Part shown: positions 40,497 to 50,959 of the stretch, in pieces
Numbering within the stretch: the first letter of the stretch is position 1
Layout: the number at the start of each line of letters is the position of its first letter
NCBI GenBank assembly: GCA_012520575.1
Contig: JAAYOB010000018.1
Location: 1,505 to 65,504 of the forward strand
From: Candidatus Stramentimicrobium fermentans
GTDB taxonomy: Bacteria; Atribacterota; Phoenicimicrobiia; Phoenicimicrobiales; Stramentimicrobiaceae
Length of the DNA: 64,000 nt
Direction: 5' to 3'
Notes under the pieces: model-generated
What the model was told of the DNA's origin: nothing
Database searches by the model: none
The model's input: only the letters and a program-made list of their open reading frames with translations
Made by a program: the position numbers and the translations under genes

Positions 40497-40943
40497 TTAA
40501 AAGATACGTCCCAGAATAAAGCCTAAGAGTAAACCAATTAGGAAAATGGTAGTTATAATGCGGGCATCTTTAACCATGCTCATTCCTTTAAAACGAATTA
40601 CTATCAGTGTAACAAAGTAAGCAGACACATTTAAGGTTACAAAGATAGGCCAGGTGATGATATTGGCAATCATAGGCCCGATGTAAGGAATTGACTGTAT
40701 CAAAACTAAGAGACAAGTAAATAGACTACTGAATACCTCTATAACAATCCCTGCCAGAGCTACAATCACGGTGATAAGGAAAGCATCTATTTCGGTGTAA
40801 CGGAAAAGATAGTAGACTAATGAGAATAGAAAAACAGCGTAAAAAACATGGCGGGTTGAGATCTTTGATTTTTCGGGAATACGGGGCTTTAAATCCTGTT
40901 TCAACGGAGTATTTTGCTCTTGGTTTTTATTGTCTATATCCAT
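40497..40943 (-). CDS. Hypothetical membrane protein
   Basis: Open frame with several hydrophobic segments in an otherwise empty interval; no family recognised. Confidence 0.7.
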   Translation of the reverse strand: MDIDNKNQEQNTPLKQDLKPRIPEKSKISTRHVFYAVFLFSLVYYLFRYTEIDAFLITVIVALAGIVIEVFSSLFTCLLVLIQSIPYIGPMIANIITWPIFVTLNVSAYFVTLIVIRFKGMSMVKDARIITTIFLIGLLLGFILGRIF

Positions 40944-41324
40944 TTTTTTATTCTTAACAATTATTAACAACTATATAACTGTACCCAGATTATCAATTTA
41001 TTAATCTTTAGTTAATCAATAATTCCTATACTGTTATTTGCTATCATATAGAAATATGCGCTTGACTGTCAAATATTTCCCCAATAATTCGTATTAAGGA
41101 CAATATTATGTGGTATATTTAAGCCACTATCCTTTCACATATCAGAAATGGCTAACGTATACTAAGAAAAAATTAACCGTAATAGTAGACCGTGCACTCA
41201 TTATTTGTTAAAATCAACTAAGAATTATAAATATTATACTTTTTATTCACCAAGGTTGGTTAGCATTGTCTTGATAATGATTGAGAATCTATCTTGGATT
41301 GAGGCAAGGTAAGAAAGAGCTTAA

Positions 41325-41885
41325 ATGACTTCTTTTTCTATGGTGCTTTTAGCTTTGGGATTAGCTATGGATGCCTTTGCTGTTTCTATCACCGGAGGCA
41401 TGGTGACCAGTTCTATTAATATCCTTTTTGCTCTGAAGATTGCCCTGTTCTTTGCCGGTTTCCAGATGATTATGCCCTGGCTGGGCTGGTGGTTTGGGAG
41501 AAACATAGCTCCTTATTTGGAATGTTGTAATTATTGGATAGCTTCTTTACTCCTCTTCTTAATAGGGTTTAAGATGGTCTATGAGTCATTTCAATACAAA
41601 GAAAATAAACAGTGCTTAAACTTTAAAAGTATATCAGTGTTATTTCTTTTAGCTATTGCCACCAGTATGGATGCCTTTGCCGCGGGGGTGAGTCTCTCTT
41701 TCTTGGGGCCGGACATTGTAAAGGCACTATGGATTATAGGAACTACTACTCTCTTGTTATCTTTACTGGGGGTTAGCATAGGTAAGATGTTGGGTCATGT
41801 TTTAAAAAGGTATGCTGAGCTAGCCGGTGGTGTGATCTTAATATTAATTGGCTTACAGGTTTTAGTAGGTCACCTGGGAGGTTAA
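41325..41885 (+). CDS. mntP: Manganese efflux pump MntP family
   Basis: LAMDAFAVS, FQMIMP..GW, ATSMDA and AELAGG..LI.IG. Confidence 0.9.
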   Translation: MTSFSMVLLALGLAMDAFAVSITGGMVTSSINILFALKIALFFAGFQMIMPWLGWWFGRNIAPYLECCNYWIASLLLFLIGFKMVYESFQYKENKQCLNFKSISVLFLLAIATSMDAFAAGVSLSFLGPDIVKALWIIGTTTLLLSLLGVSIGKMLGHVLKRYAELAGGVILILIGLQVLVGHLGG

Positions 41886-41886
41886 A

Positions 41887-43026
41887 ATGCATAATAGGAC
41901 CAAATATTTTTTTCCTAATTTAATAATTCTTTTGGCAATAACTGTATTCCTTGGCGGATGCACCTTCTTCCCCACTTGTTCACTTGATATAACTAGCAAT
42001 CCTTCCGGTGCCCAAATATTTCTTAATGGTAATTACACCGGAGAAGTTACTCCCGCTCTGATTGAAAACATTTTTCCGGGTACTTATGATATTTTGCTGA
42101 CCCTGGATAATCCGCCTATGACCGGTTCCGAAACAGTGGTTATTGACTCCGGCCAGACTCTTAACTTAGCAATGGAATTAGCCCCTAAGGTAACATACCG
42201 TGCTCTATTAATAGGGATTGACAAATATAAACACCACCCTTTAATTTTTAATTTAATAGCCCCTCCCTATGATGTCTTCAGAGTAAGTCAAGTTTTAGAG
42301 CATGCTCGGTTTGGTGAAAATAAAACCACCTTTTCAGTTGTCAATACTTTGACTGGAGAAGAGGCTACTTATTTTAATATTATGCAGGGAATTACCTCTA
42401 CCTTCCGAGATGCTAATAATAATGATATATCTTATTTTTATTATTCCGGACACGGCTTAAATGAGGGCGGCACAGTAGCTATTTCGTCCTATGATGCGAC
42501 ACTCGAATATGGCAGTTTTAATGGGTGGATTACAGTCGATGAGTTGGCTGCTAAGTTGGCAAGCATTCCCGGAACAAAGGTAGTTATTCTCGATTCCTGT
42601 CATTCCGGTGGTTTTATCGGCAAGGATTTATCTTTAAGAGAAGTAATGGATAAGGTAAGATTGCAATCGATAAACACAAGTATCTTAGATTCCTTTAGTG
42701 CCTATGATGTTATCAGGGAGAAAGGAAACCTTGCCTCAAGTGGATTCAGGGTAATTGTGTCTGCTACAAGTAAACAGGAGTGTTTTGAGACCTCCAGACC
42801 CCATCCCGTTGATGGAAATCCCTATGGCTATTTTACCATGGCTTTATGTGAAGGGTGCGGATATAATAGTTTCCGCTTCCCATACCCTGCAGATCAGAAT
42901 CAGAATCAACGGATAGCCTTAAGTGAAATGTATCAATATATTTATCAACATCCTTTTTTAGCACACTTAGATCAGGATGCACAGGTCTATCCCCAAAATT
43001 CTAATCTTTCTTTTTTAGAATATTAA
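41887..43026 (+). CDS. Lipoprotein with PEGA domain and caspase-like (C14) peptidase domain
   Basis: Lipobox LGGC; ITSNPSGAQIFLNG...TP (PEGA); RALLIGID, YYSGHG and LDSCHSG. Confidence 0.88.
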   Translation: MHNRTKYFFPNLIILLAITVFLGGCTFFPTCSLDITSNPSGAQIFLNGNYTGEVTPALIENIFPGTYDILLTLDNPPMTGSETVVIDSGQTLNLAMELAPKVTYRALLIGIDKYKHHPLIFNLIAPPYDVFRVSQVLEHARFGENKTTFSVVNTLTGEEATYFNIMQGITSTFRDANNNDISYFYYSGHGLNEGGTVAISSYDATLEYGSFNGWITVDELAAKLASIPGTKVVILDSCHSGGFIGKDLSLREVMDKVRLQSINTSILDSFSAYDVIREKGNLASSGFRVIVSATSKQECFETSRPHPVDGNPYGYFTMALCEGCGYNSFRFPYPADQNQNQRIALSEMYQYIYQHPFLAHLDQDAQVYPQNSNLSFLEY

Positions 43027-43147
43027 TAAGAATTCCTTTTAACAGAATAGAAAACGTATTTAAGAATCAGGTTTCAACTATTATAATATCTCTGAAAATC
43101 TATTTAATTTGAAATAAACCCAATTCACTATTAAAAAAGCTACTCAA

Positions 43148-43193
43148 AAAATAAGCAAGGACCACTCGTTTTAAAAGAATCCTTGCTTATTTT
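43148..43193. terminator. Bidirectional terminator-like hairpin
   Basis: 14-bp inverted repeat AAAATAAGCAAGGA...TCCTTGCTTATTTT. Confidence 0.65.
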
Positions 43194-43200
43194 AATCTAC

Positions 43201-43300
43201 TCAACTTTCTTCTTTTCGCTCAGTTGTTTTCATGGCATCAATCAGCTCGATAGCTTCATCACGGGTTATATTTCCTTATTTGAGCATATCCAAACTTTTT
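43201..43300 (-). pseudogene. SHOCT-like domain remnant
   Basis: KSLDMLK*GNITRDEAIELIDAMK matches the IL.ML.EG.IT.EEA..LL.AL pattern, with an in-frame TAA. Confidence 0.5.
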
Positions 43301-43410
43301 AAATATTATATAGAATACTAATATAGTTAAGTTTTACATTTTTCAGGATTTGTTAAATTATTGGAAAGAAAGTATGATATAGGATAGAAACAGAAAGAAA
43401 GGGAAAGATA

Positions 43411-44271
43411 TTGAGATTAGGATGCCATGTCTCTATTGCGGGAGGTATTGAACAGTCAATTTCCCGGGCGAAAGCCCTTGAAATTAATACCATGCAGATT
43501 TTTTCTAAAAACTCTCGCGCCTGGCAGGAAAAGACTTATACCAATTCGGAAATAATAGAATTTCAGAGAAAATTACAGAAATCAACCCTTTCACCGATTT
43601 TTATCCATGCTTCTTATCTTATCAATCTTGCCTCACCGGATGAAGAGATATATACCAAGTCTATAGCTGCCTTCCGGGAAGAACTGAAAAGAGGGGGCGA
43701 TTTGTTAGTCAATTTAAGTCAGCCTTATCTTATCATTCATCCGGGTGCCCATCGCGGTGCCGGGGAAGAGTTTGGCTTAAATAGAATAATCAAAGCTCTA
43801 AGAAATGTTTTAAAACAAAGTTCATATTTGAAACTATCTACTATGGTCTTATTAGAAAATACTTCCGGTATGGGGAGCGGCTTAGGTCATTCCTTCAGTC
43901 AGTTAAAATATATTATGGAGCAGATAGATTATCCGGACAAGGTAGGAGTATGTTTTGATACCTGTCATGCTTTTGCTGCCGGGTACAATCTGGCAGAAGA
44001 GCAAGGGATAGAGGAGACCATTGCCCAGTTTGATAGAGAAATCGGTTTAGATAAATTAAAGGTTATTCACCTAAATGACTCAAAATATGGCTTAGGTTCT
44101 AAACGAGACAGACATACCCATATCGGAGAAGGATTTATCGGTACAAATGGTTTCAGACTTTTGATAAATCACCCTCAGCTTAAGGATCTGCCCTTTATCC
44201 TGGAAACCCCTAAAAAGAATGATAAAGATGACCGGAGAAATATTGAATTGGTGAGAAGTTTGAGGGAATAG
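43411..44271 (+). CDS. nfo: Endonuclease IV
   Basis: GCHVSIAGG, HASYLINL, HPG, LENT, CFDTCH, HLNDSK, DRHTHIG and LETP. Confidence 0.96.
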   Translation: MRLGCHVSIAGGIEQSISRAKALEINTMQIFSKNSRAWQEKTYTNSEIIEFQRKLQKSTLSPIFIHASYLINLASPDEEIYTKSIAAFREELKRGGDLLVNLSQPYLIIHPGAHRGAGEEFGLNRIIKALRNVLKQSSYLKLSTMVLLENTSGMGSGLGHSFSQLKYIMEQIDYPDKVGVCFDTCHAFAAGYNLAEEQGIEETIAQFDREIGLDKLKVIHLNDSKYGLGSKRDRHTHIGEGFIGTNGFRLLINHPQLKDLPFILETPKKNDKDDRRNIELVRSLRE

Positions 44272-44414
44272 ACCGATAGAACCGGTTAAAGCAACGGCTA
44301 AGGCTTGTTAAGATTCACTTTCTAACTCAGGTTTGTTATAATAAGGCGGTTAAGTGCTTTAATCTTAATATGATAGGTAGGCTTGCATGTTATTGCAGGT
44401 AGGTTAATTTAGAT

Positions 44415-44502
44415 TGGTGCCGAAGGGGGGATTTGAACCCCCACAGGTGTGAAACCTACTACGCCCTGAACGTAGCGCGTCTGCCGATTCCGCCACTTCG
44501 GC
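44415..44502 (-). tRNA. tRNA-Leu (anticodon CAG), encoded CCA
   Basis: GCCGAAGTGGCGGAATCGGCAGACGCG-CTACG-TTCAGGG-CGTAG, long variable arm, GGGGGTTCAAATCCCCC-CTTCGGCACCA. Confidence 0.97.
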
Positions 44503-44571
44503 TGCATAACTATAATAATAGACAATTCAAGGTAAATGAATTAGCATATAGATTATTTTCTAACACATTAT

Positions 44572-44600
44572 AGCATAGATAAAATTAGGTATCTTGTCAA
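44572..44600 (-). promoter_or_regulatory. sigma70-type promoter for tRNA-Leu
   Basis: TTGACA-17 nt-TATGCT on the minus strand. Confidence 0.6.
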
Positions 44601-44704
44601 GAAAATTACCTCATTGAGGCAGATAGATTAGTAAGACATTTTATAGGAGAGACAGCGCAAAAACAAAAATAATAAAATAATGAGGATTGTTAAGGAGTAG
44701 AGTT

Positions 44705-45703
44705 TTGAATAGTGAGAAAAGAATTATCGATTTAAATTTGGGGGATAAGGTCAATAGGATTTTTTATATAAAAGAAACAGAATTTAGACTGCGCAGAGAT
44801 GGCAGGACTATCGATGGGTTTTTAAAAATTTCTGATGGTACCGGTGAAATTGAGGCAATCTACTGGGATATGCCTCCCAGTAAGGTAAAACAACTGGAAA
44901 AGATGCAGTTTGCTCAGATTGATGGACAAGCAAGCAGGAAGAGAAAAGACGGAGAGCTGCAAATAAACATAAAATCCATAACGGAAGGCCAGAAATCATT
45001 ATTACAATTAGAGGATTTTATACCCTCTACCCCATTTGATATTGCAGAACTGATGGAGAAAATTGATGGCAAGATTAGCTCCATAAAGAATCAGTATTTA
45101 AGAAGCCTTTTACTCTCTTTTTTTCAAGATCCGATTTTAAGGGGAATATTCAGGATAGCACCGGCAGCTAAAAAATTGCATCAGGCCTACCAGGGCGGTT
45201 TAGCTGAGCACACCCTCAATGTAGCTGAAATATGTGAAAAAATCTGTGAGCTTTATCCCCAGATTAATCGCGATTTTCTGATTAGTACGGCACTGCTCCA
45301 TGATATAGGTAAGCTGGAAGAATATCAGTTTGAGGGTGTAATTGAGTATACCGATAAGGGGAAACTGATAGGGCATGTTGTAATGGGTGCAGAAATGGTT
45401 GATGCGAAGATTAAGATGATTAAAGGTTTTCCGGAAGACCTGGCTATTATGTTTAAACACACTATCTTGAGCCATCATGGAAAACTTGAATTTGGTTCAC
45501 CAAAACTACCCAGTATCTTGCCGGCGGTAGCCCTTTACTATGCCGATGATACCGATGCCAAACTAAATGGATTGATTGGATTGAAAGAACAGAATAAGAA
45601 TATAGATAAAAAATGGAGCGAATGGGTCTGGTGGTTAGAACGCTCTTTTTATCTGGCGGAGCAGGACATTTTAGACCCTAACAGAGAGGAATTAACAGAT
45701 TAA
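44705..45703 (+). CDS. yhaM: 3'-5' exoribonuclease YhaM/Cbf1 family (OB fold + HD)
   Basis: DGTGEIEA.YWD OB fold; APAAKKLHQAY.GGLAEH, LLHDIGK and SHHG.LEFGSP; AGGAG RBS before TTG 44705. Confidence 0.88.
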   Translation: MNSEKRIIDLNLGDKVNRIFYIKETEFRLRRDGRTIDGFLKISDGTGEIEAIYWDMPPSKVKQLEKMQFAQIDGQASRKRKDGELQINIKSITEGQKSLLQLEDFIPSTPFDIAELMEKIDGKISSIKNQYLRSLLLSFFQDPILRGIFRIAPAAKKLHQAYQGGLAEHTLNVAEICEKICELYPQINRDFLISTALLHDIGKLEEYQFEGVIEYTDKGKLIGHVVMGAEMVDAKIKMIKGFPEDLAIMFKHTILSHHGKLEFGSPKLPSILPAVALYYADDTDAKLNGLIGLKEQNKNIDKKWSEWVWWLERSFYLAEQDILDPNREELTD

Positions 45704-45803
45704 TAGTAAAAACAAGAGTACACATTTTAGCCACTAAAAAATTAACATAATATTAATATAATGCAACTATAATTTATAATGCACAGGCAAACGGAGGAAG
45801 ATT

Positions 45804-47174
45804 ATGCAGAATAGATTAACAGATGTTCTTTCCGGACAAAAAGCGGATTATTTAGAAGTAAGGTTAGAGGAATTTGAGGCAAACAATGTTCGTTTTCAAG
45901 GAAAGGATTTAGAAAGGATAAGCAGTGCCCAGGAAAAAGGGGGCAATGTCAGAGCACTGGTCAAAGGACGCTGGGGGTTTGTTACCTTTAATCGTTGGGA
46001 AGAATTAGAAGAAAAGATTAAACAGGCTATAGAGATTGCCACACTTATTGGGGATGGAGAGCAAGTCAGTACTTTAGCCCCTGCTGAACCGGTAATAGAA
46101 GAGCTAACAGCGGGGAACGTGAGAGATTTCAGGCAAATTAGTTTGAAAGAAAAAGCTGAAACAATGAAAAACTACAGCAATATCATAGTCAACTTCAGTC
46201 CGAAAATCCAATCATCGATTGCCAATTATGCTGATCGTTATACCATTACCCATTTTGCCAACTCAGAAGGAACCTATATCAAAAAAGAAAGTCCTTACCT
46301 TAGCATTCATCTTACGGCAATTGCCCGTGACAGTGATGATGTGCAGATGGCCAATGAAAGCATAGGCAGTAATAAAGGATATGAAAATGCAGAGCGGCTC
46401 TCTTCATTAGCCCAGAAGGCGGCACAAAGGGCAGTAAATCTATTGCAAGCCAAAAATACTCCCGGCGGTCAATATACTGTAATCCTGGACCCAATTCTGG
46501 CAGGAGTTTTTATCCATGAGGCCTTCGGGCACTTGAGTGAAGCTGATTTTTTATATGAAGATACCAGAATACAGAAGTTGATGACTTTGGGTAAAAAAGT
46601 GGCATCAGAAGAGCTTAATGTAGTGGATGACGGTTCCTTGCCGGGATTATTAGGGTCTTCTAGATACGATGATGAAGGAGTTCCTACCCGGAAAAATTAT
46701 TTAATCAAAAAAGGTGTTTTAACAGGAAGGCTTCATTCCCGAGAGACAGCTGCTAAGATGGGAGAGCCGATTACCGGGAATGCCAGAGCTATAAACTACC
46801 ATTTTAAGCCTATAGTGCGGATGACCAATACCTATATAGAGAGGGGGAAAACTCCCTACAAGAAATTATTTGACGGGATTAAAAAAGGAATTTATGCTCG
46901 TCATTTCTATGGCGGAAATACTACCTTTGAAATGTTTACTTTCAGTGCCGGAGAAGGCTATCTCATCGAAAATGGCCGTGTCACCGAACCGCTCAGAAAT
47001 ATAACCTTGAGCGGAAATTTATTTGAAACACTGCACCATATTGAAGGAATTGCCAATGACCTCAGTATCATTGAATCGGGAGGAGGCTGCGGCAAAGGCG
47101 GACAGAGCCCTTTACCGGTAACTTTTGGCAGCCCACACATTCGTATAAGTAATGTAGTGGTAGGAGGGAGATAA
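45804..47174 (+). CDS. tldD: TldD metalloprotease subunit
   Basis: HEAFGHLSEAD, YDDEGV, TGNARA, RMTNTY and CGKGGQ.PLPV. Confidence 0.93.
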   Translation: MQNRLTDVLSGQKADYLEVRLEEFEANNVRFQGKDLERISSAQEKGGNVRALVKGRWGFVTFNRWEELEEKIKQAIEIATLIGDGEQVSTLAPAEPVIEELTAGNVRDFRQISLKEKAETMKNYSNIIVNFSPKIQSSIANYADRYTITHFANSEGTYIKKESPYLSIHLTAIARDSDDVQMANESIGSNKGYENAERLSSLAQKAAQRAVNLLQAKNTPGGQYTVILDPILAGVFIHEAFGHLSEADFLYEDTRIQKLMTLGKKVASEELNVVDDGSLPGLLGSSRYDDEGVPTRKNYLIKKGVLTGRLHSRETAAKMGEPITGNARAINYHFKPIVRMTNTYIERGKTPYKKLFDGIKKGIYARHFYGGNTTFEMFTFSAGEGYLIENGRVTEPLRNITLSGNLFETLHHIEGIANDLSIIESGGGCGKGGQSPLPVTFGSPHIRISNVVVGGR

Positions 47175-47179
47175 TTAGT

Positions 47180-48493
47180 ATGAAACATTTAATGAAGAGA
47201 CTAAAGGATAAGGTTTCCTCAGCGGAACTCTATAAAATGAATTATAAATCAACGCCGATTGAATATGAGATGAACAGGCTAAAGACGATAAGCACTGAAG
47301 AGTCAGAGGGGTGGGCTCTAAGGGTTATTATTAATGGTAAGGTAGGTTTTTCTTCGGCAACTTCAGAAAGTCAGTTTGATGCTATGGCAGAAAAGGCAAT
47401 AGAGATTGCTCAATTTGGACAGCCTGCTATCTTTGATTTTCCCAAGCAGCTTGATAGGAAATTAGAGGACACTATAAAATTGTATGACCCCTCCATTCCC
47501 GTAAAAAGTACTGCTCAGATGATCGAAGAAGGTAATAGTATTGTTGCTAAAATTCAATCTTATAATCCTGATTTACGTTGCGATGTTGACATTACCAAAT
47601 TGGAGGGAGAAGTAGGGTACCGCAATACCTATTGCAATCCATTTAACTATCAAAAAACTTTTTTTAAACGATCTATCATGATTCAAGATACACAGGAAGA
47701 TGATATGATGATGTTGTTGGAGGCGCAGGGATGGGGTCAGGACAACCTCTCCTTTGAGGCTCTATGGGAAAAAATAGAGCAGAAATTGGAGTGGGGCAAG
47801 AAGATAGTTGAAGTCTCTGATGACTATCTGCCGGTAATTTTTACTCCTAAGGCGCTATTAGTCTTAATACTTCCTCTTATTGCGGGACTGAATGGTAAGA
47901 TGGTCAATAAAAAGATTTCACCGTTGCAAGATAAACTGGGACAAATTCTCTTTAATCCCCTGCTTTCTATTTACAGTGATGGAACGATTGATTATGCTGG
48001 CGGCAGCGGACCATATGATGATGAAGGTATAGTTATGAGGCGGCTGCCATTGGTAGAGAAGGGAGTATTAAAGAATTATTATTATGATTTAGAAAATGCC
48101 GCAGAAGCAAAAGTAGAGCCTACCGGGAACGGGAACAGGCCAGGTTTTCACACCTCTCCTTCCCCGGGGATAAATAATCTCATTATTCCGGAAGGAGAAT
48201 CTTCCTTTAGCGATATGGTTAAGGACATTAAATCAGGCATTATAGTAGACCAAGTTTTGGGATTAGGTCAGGGCAATGTCTTGAGCGGGGCTTTTTCTAA
48301 TAATGTACAGCTGGGCTATAAGATAAAGGAAGGCAAAATTGTCGGCAGAATTAAGAATGTAATGATTGCCGGTAATGCCATAGAGGTTCTGAAAGATATT
48401 GTTGCTGTGGGCAATGAAACGGAATGGATATCAGGAAGGTATTGTTTCCCGCACCTCTATCTGAAATCAATCTCGGTTTCTACTAAAAAATAA
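47180..48493 (+). CDS. pmbA: PmbA/TldE subunit
   Basis: YDDEG, PTGNG.R and SGAFS; lacks HExxxH; adjacent to tldD. Confidence 0.9.
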   Translation: MKHLMKRLKDKVSSAELYKMNYKSTPIEYEMNRLKTISTEESEGWALRVIINGKVGFSSATSESQFDAMAEKAIEIAQFGQPAIFDFPKQLDRKLEDTIKLYDPSIPVKSTAQMIEEGNSIVAKIQSYNPDLRCDVDITKLEGEVGYRNTYCNPFNYQKTFFKRSIMIQDTQEDDMMMLLEAQGWGQDNLSFEALWEKIEQKLEWGKKIVEVSDDYLPVIFTPKALLVLILPLIAGLNGKMVNKKISPLQDKLGQILFNPLLSIYSDGTIDYAGGSGPYDDEGIVMRRLPLVEKGVLKNYYYDLENAAEAKVEPTGNGNRPGFHTSPSPGINNLIIPEGESSFSDMVKDIKSGIIVDQVLGLGQGNVLSGAFSNNVQLGYKIKEGKIVGRIKNVMIAGNAIEVLKDIVAVGNETEWISGRYCFPHLYLKSISVSTKK

Positions 48494-48628
48494 AAACTTA
48501 TTTCTAATAAATATAATAACTTTTATGTTTTTTAGTTGAGATTCAGAATATAGATAAGAATATTTTGACTATTATCAGTATAAAAATAAGTCTTAAAAAT
48601 TTAAAATATATTGGCAGGAAAAATAAAA

Positions 48629-49273
48629 ATGTTGAAATTATTAATTATGAGACACGCAGAGAGTTCGAGTAATGTGGAAAACCTTTTTTCAGGTCATCAG
48701 GATGTAGGATTAACCAAAAAAGGAATCTGGCAGGCAGAGCAGTTGGCAGAACGTTTAGCAGAAACTAAGATTGATGTCATATATTCCAGTGACCTAAAAA
48801 GAGCCATAAGTACAGCTAATATTATAAACAAAAAACACCAATTGACTTTAAATGTAGAGACCCTCTTTAAAGAAATCCATTTTGGTGACTGGGAAGGAAT
48901 GTGCTATGAGGAAGTTTATGCCTATAGTGATTATGAAAATTATCGAAACTGGTGGAGACAACCGCATATAGCCCTCCCCGGTGGAGAGAGTATCGCCGAA
49001 GTAAATCAAAGAGTTACCAAAGGTTTAAAAAAACTTATTACTAACCATTACAATAGTGATGGACAGGACAAAACAGTGGCAATTGTCTGCCATGGTGGAG
49101 TTGCTAAGATTATGATTGGCATTGCACTCGATATTCCACTGGAGAGAATCTGGTATATCAGTCAGTATTCTACTGCGCTAAATATCATTCTTTATGAAAA
49201 TCAGGATAACTACTACGTTAAAAAAGTCAATGATACCAGCCATCTTGACGGAAAGGTAATGGTTGTTGATTAA
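48629..49273 (+). CDS. cobC: Histidine phosphatase, probable alpha-ribazole phosphatase
   Basis: RHAES, SSDLKRA, EIHFGDWEG, PGGES and VCHGG; leads cobT-cobU-cobS. Confidence 0.8.
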   Translation: MLKLLIMRHAESSSNVENLFSGHQDVGLTKKGIWQAEQLAERLAETKIDVIYSSDLKRAISTANIINKKHQLTLNVETLFKEIHFGDWEGMCYEEVYAYSDYENYRNWWRQPHIALPGGESIAEVNQRVTKGLKKLITNHYNSDGQDKTVAIVCHGGVAKIMIGIALDIPLERIWYISQYSTALNIILYENQDNYYVKKVNDTSHLDGKVMVVD

Positions 49274-50353
49274 TTGGGCGAAACCGCTATCTATAATATC
49301 ATGAAACAAATTCGACCGATTGACGATGTGGTCCAAAAGGATGTCTTGGCCCGTTTTGATGAGCTTGCGAAACCGCAAAATAGCTTGGGCAGATTAGAAA
49401 AATTAGTAGCGCAGGCTGCCGGCATTTATGGCAAACATAGTCCAACTATCGAGAGAAAGATTATTTTTCTGATGGCGGCTGACCATGGCATAACACAGGA
49501 ACAGGTCAGCCCCCATCCTTCCGATATTACCCGTCAAATGGTCCTGAATTTTTTAAACGGCAGGGCAGCTATCAATGTCTTGGCTCGCCACTTTAACACC
49601 GAGATAGTAATAACCGATATGGGTGTAAAGGGTGATCTTTCTCAATTATTGGGTATTTTTAATAAGAAAATTGCCCAAGGGACAGGAAATATAGCAAAAG
49701 AGGCGGCTATGAGCCGTGAAATGGCAGAAAGGTCGATTAAGATAGGCAGAGAGGTTTTTGAAGAAGTATTTGCCCAGCGGCAGATTGACCTCATCGGATT
49801 AGGGGAAATGGGTATCGGTAACACCTCTGCCAGTAGTGCCATTATCAGCTTACTGACCGGCGCCGAAGTAGAAGAGGTAGTAGATAGCGGCAGCGGGCTT
49901 ACCCCGGATGGAATCAAACACAAAATAACCGTGATTAAGCAGGCTATTTCTTTACATAAACCTGATATTAATGACCCTATTGATATACTGTCTAAGGTGG
50001 GAGGATTTGAGATTGGCGGACTGATTGGGTGCATCTTTGCTGCCGCTCAAAGGAAAATCCCTATAGTAATGGATGGTTTAATATCAGGAGCCTGTGCCTT
50101 ACTGGCGATAAAATTAAATAGGGTAATAAAAGATTATCTCTTTACCAGCCACTGTTCTCGGGAAAAGGGGCATAAAGTTGTACTCGATTATCTGGGCATG
50201 ACCCCGATTTTTGATTTAGAAATGTGTTTAGGTGAGGGAACCGGAGCAGTTTTTGGAATGAATTTTCTGGAGGCAGGTTTTAAACTGTTAAATCAGATGG
50301 CAACCTTTACTGATTTAAAAAAGATAAACCAATCTATGAGAAATAATAACTAG
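49274..50353 (+). CDS. cobT: Nicotinate-nucleotide--dimethylbenzimidazole phosphoribosyltransferase
   Basis: KP.NSLGRLE, AADHG, GEMGIGNT, GGFEIG and LGEGTG. Confidence 0.95.
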   Translation: MGETAIYNIMKQIRPIDDVVQKDVLARFDELAKPQNSLGRLEKLVAQAAGIYGKHSPTIERKIIFLMAADHGITQEQVSPHPSDITRQMVLNFLNGRAAINVLARHFNTEIVITDMGVKGDLSQLLGIFNKKIAQGTGNIAKEAAMSREMAERSIKIGREVFEEVFAQRQIDLIGLGEMGIGNTSASSAIISLLTGAEVEEVVDSGSGLTPDGIKHKITVIKQAISLHKPDINDPIDILSKVGGFEIGGLIGCIFAAAQRKIPIVMDGLISGACALLAIKLNRVIKDYLFTSHCSREKGHKVVLDYLGMTPIFDLEMCLGEGTGAVFGMNFLEAGFKLLNQMATFTDLKKINQSMRNNN

Positions 50354-50392
50354 AGCCCTCTTTTTTATAGATGATAACCTTAGGCTTAAAAG

Positions 50393-50959
50393 ATGAAACA
50401 AGGAAGACCAAAACTAATTCTGATTACCGGCGGGGTACGTAGCGGTAAGAGCTCTTTTGCCGAAGCATTGGCTCAAGAAATAGGCAGCAAGATTGCCTAT
50501 ATTGCCACTGGACAGGCCCTAGATAAAGAGATGACCGAAAGAATATCAAAACATCGCCGGAGGAGACCACAAGACTGGCAAACATATGAAGAGCCCGAAC
50601 AGGTGGAGAAGGTTATTCCGGAAATTGGTGATACTGCAGAAGTAATTATTCTCGATTGCCTCAATTTCCTGGTGGCTAACCTTATCTCTGATTATAAAGA
50701 AGAGGAGCCAAAAGAACCTTTAATTTCCAAGATCAGATATAAGATTGATACCCTTGCTAGCGAAGCCCTGAAAAGTCCAGCGACTATCATTGTAGTATCT
50801 AACGAAGTAGGCTCCAGCTTAGTACCGGTTAATCCAACCGGGCGTTTTTTTCAAGAGCAATTAGGTCAAGCCAACCAAGTAATTGCCTTCCATGCTGAAC
50901 TGGTGTATCTTATGGTGGCAGGTATACCTCTTTTGATAAAGGGAGTTCGCGATGAATAA
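50393..50959 (+). CDS. cobU: Adenosylcobinamide kinase/guanylyltransferase
   Basis: TGGVRSGKS, YIAT, HRRRR...W.T.E and VSNEVG. Confidence 0.95.
   Translation: MKQGRPKLILITGGVRSGKSSFAEALAQEIGSKIAYIATGQALDKEMTERISKHRRRRPQDWQTYEEPEQVEKVIPEIGDTAEVIILDCLNFLVANLISDYKEEEPKEPLISKIRYKIDTLASEALKSPATIIVVSNEVGSSLVPVNPTGRFFQEQLGQANQVIAFHAELVYLMVAGIPLLIKGVRDE

Noticed and set aside
41100..41324. yybP-ykoY Mn riboswitch or Fur box upstream of mntP
   Set aside because: No GGGGAGUA core; GATAATGAT matches only half of a Fur box
44272..44414. tRNA-Leu 3' end as an integration site
   Set aside because: No integrase next to it and no duplicated tRNA 3' fragment seen in the window
48494..48628. Cobalamin riboswitch upstream of cobC
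   Set aside because: The interval is short and very AT-rich, with no B12-box
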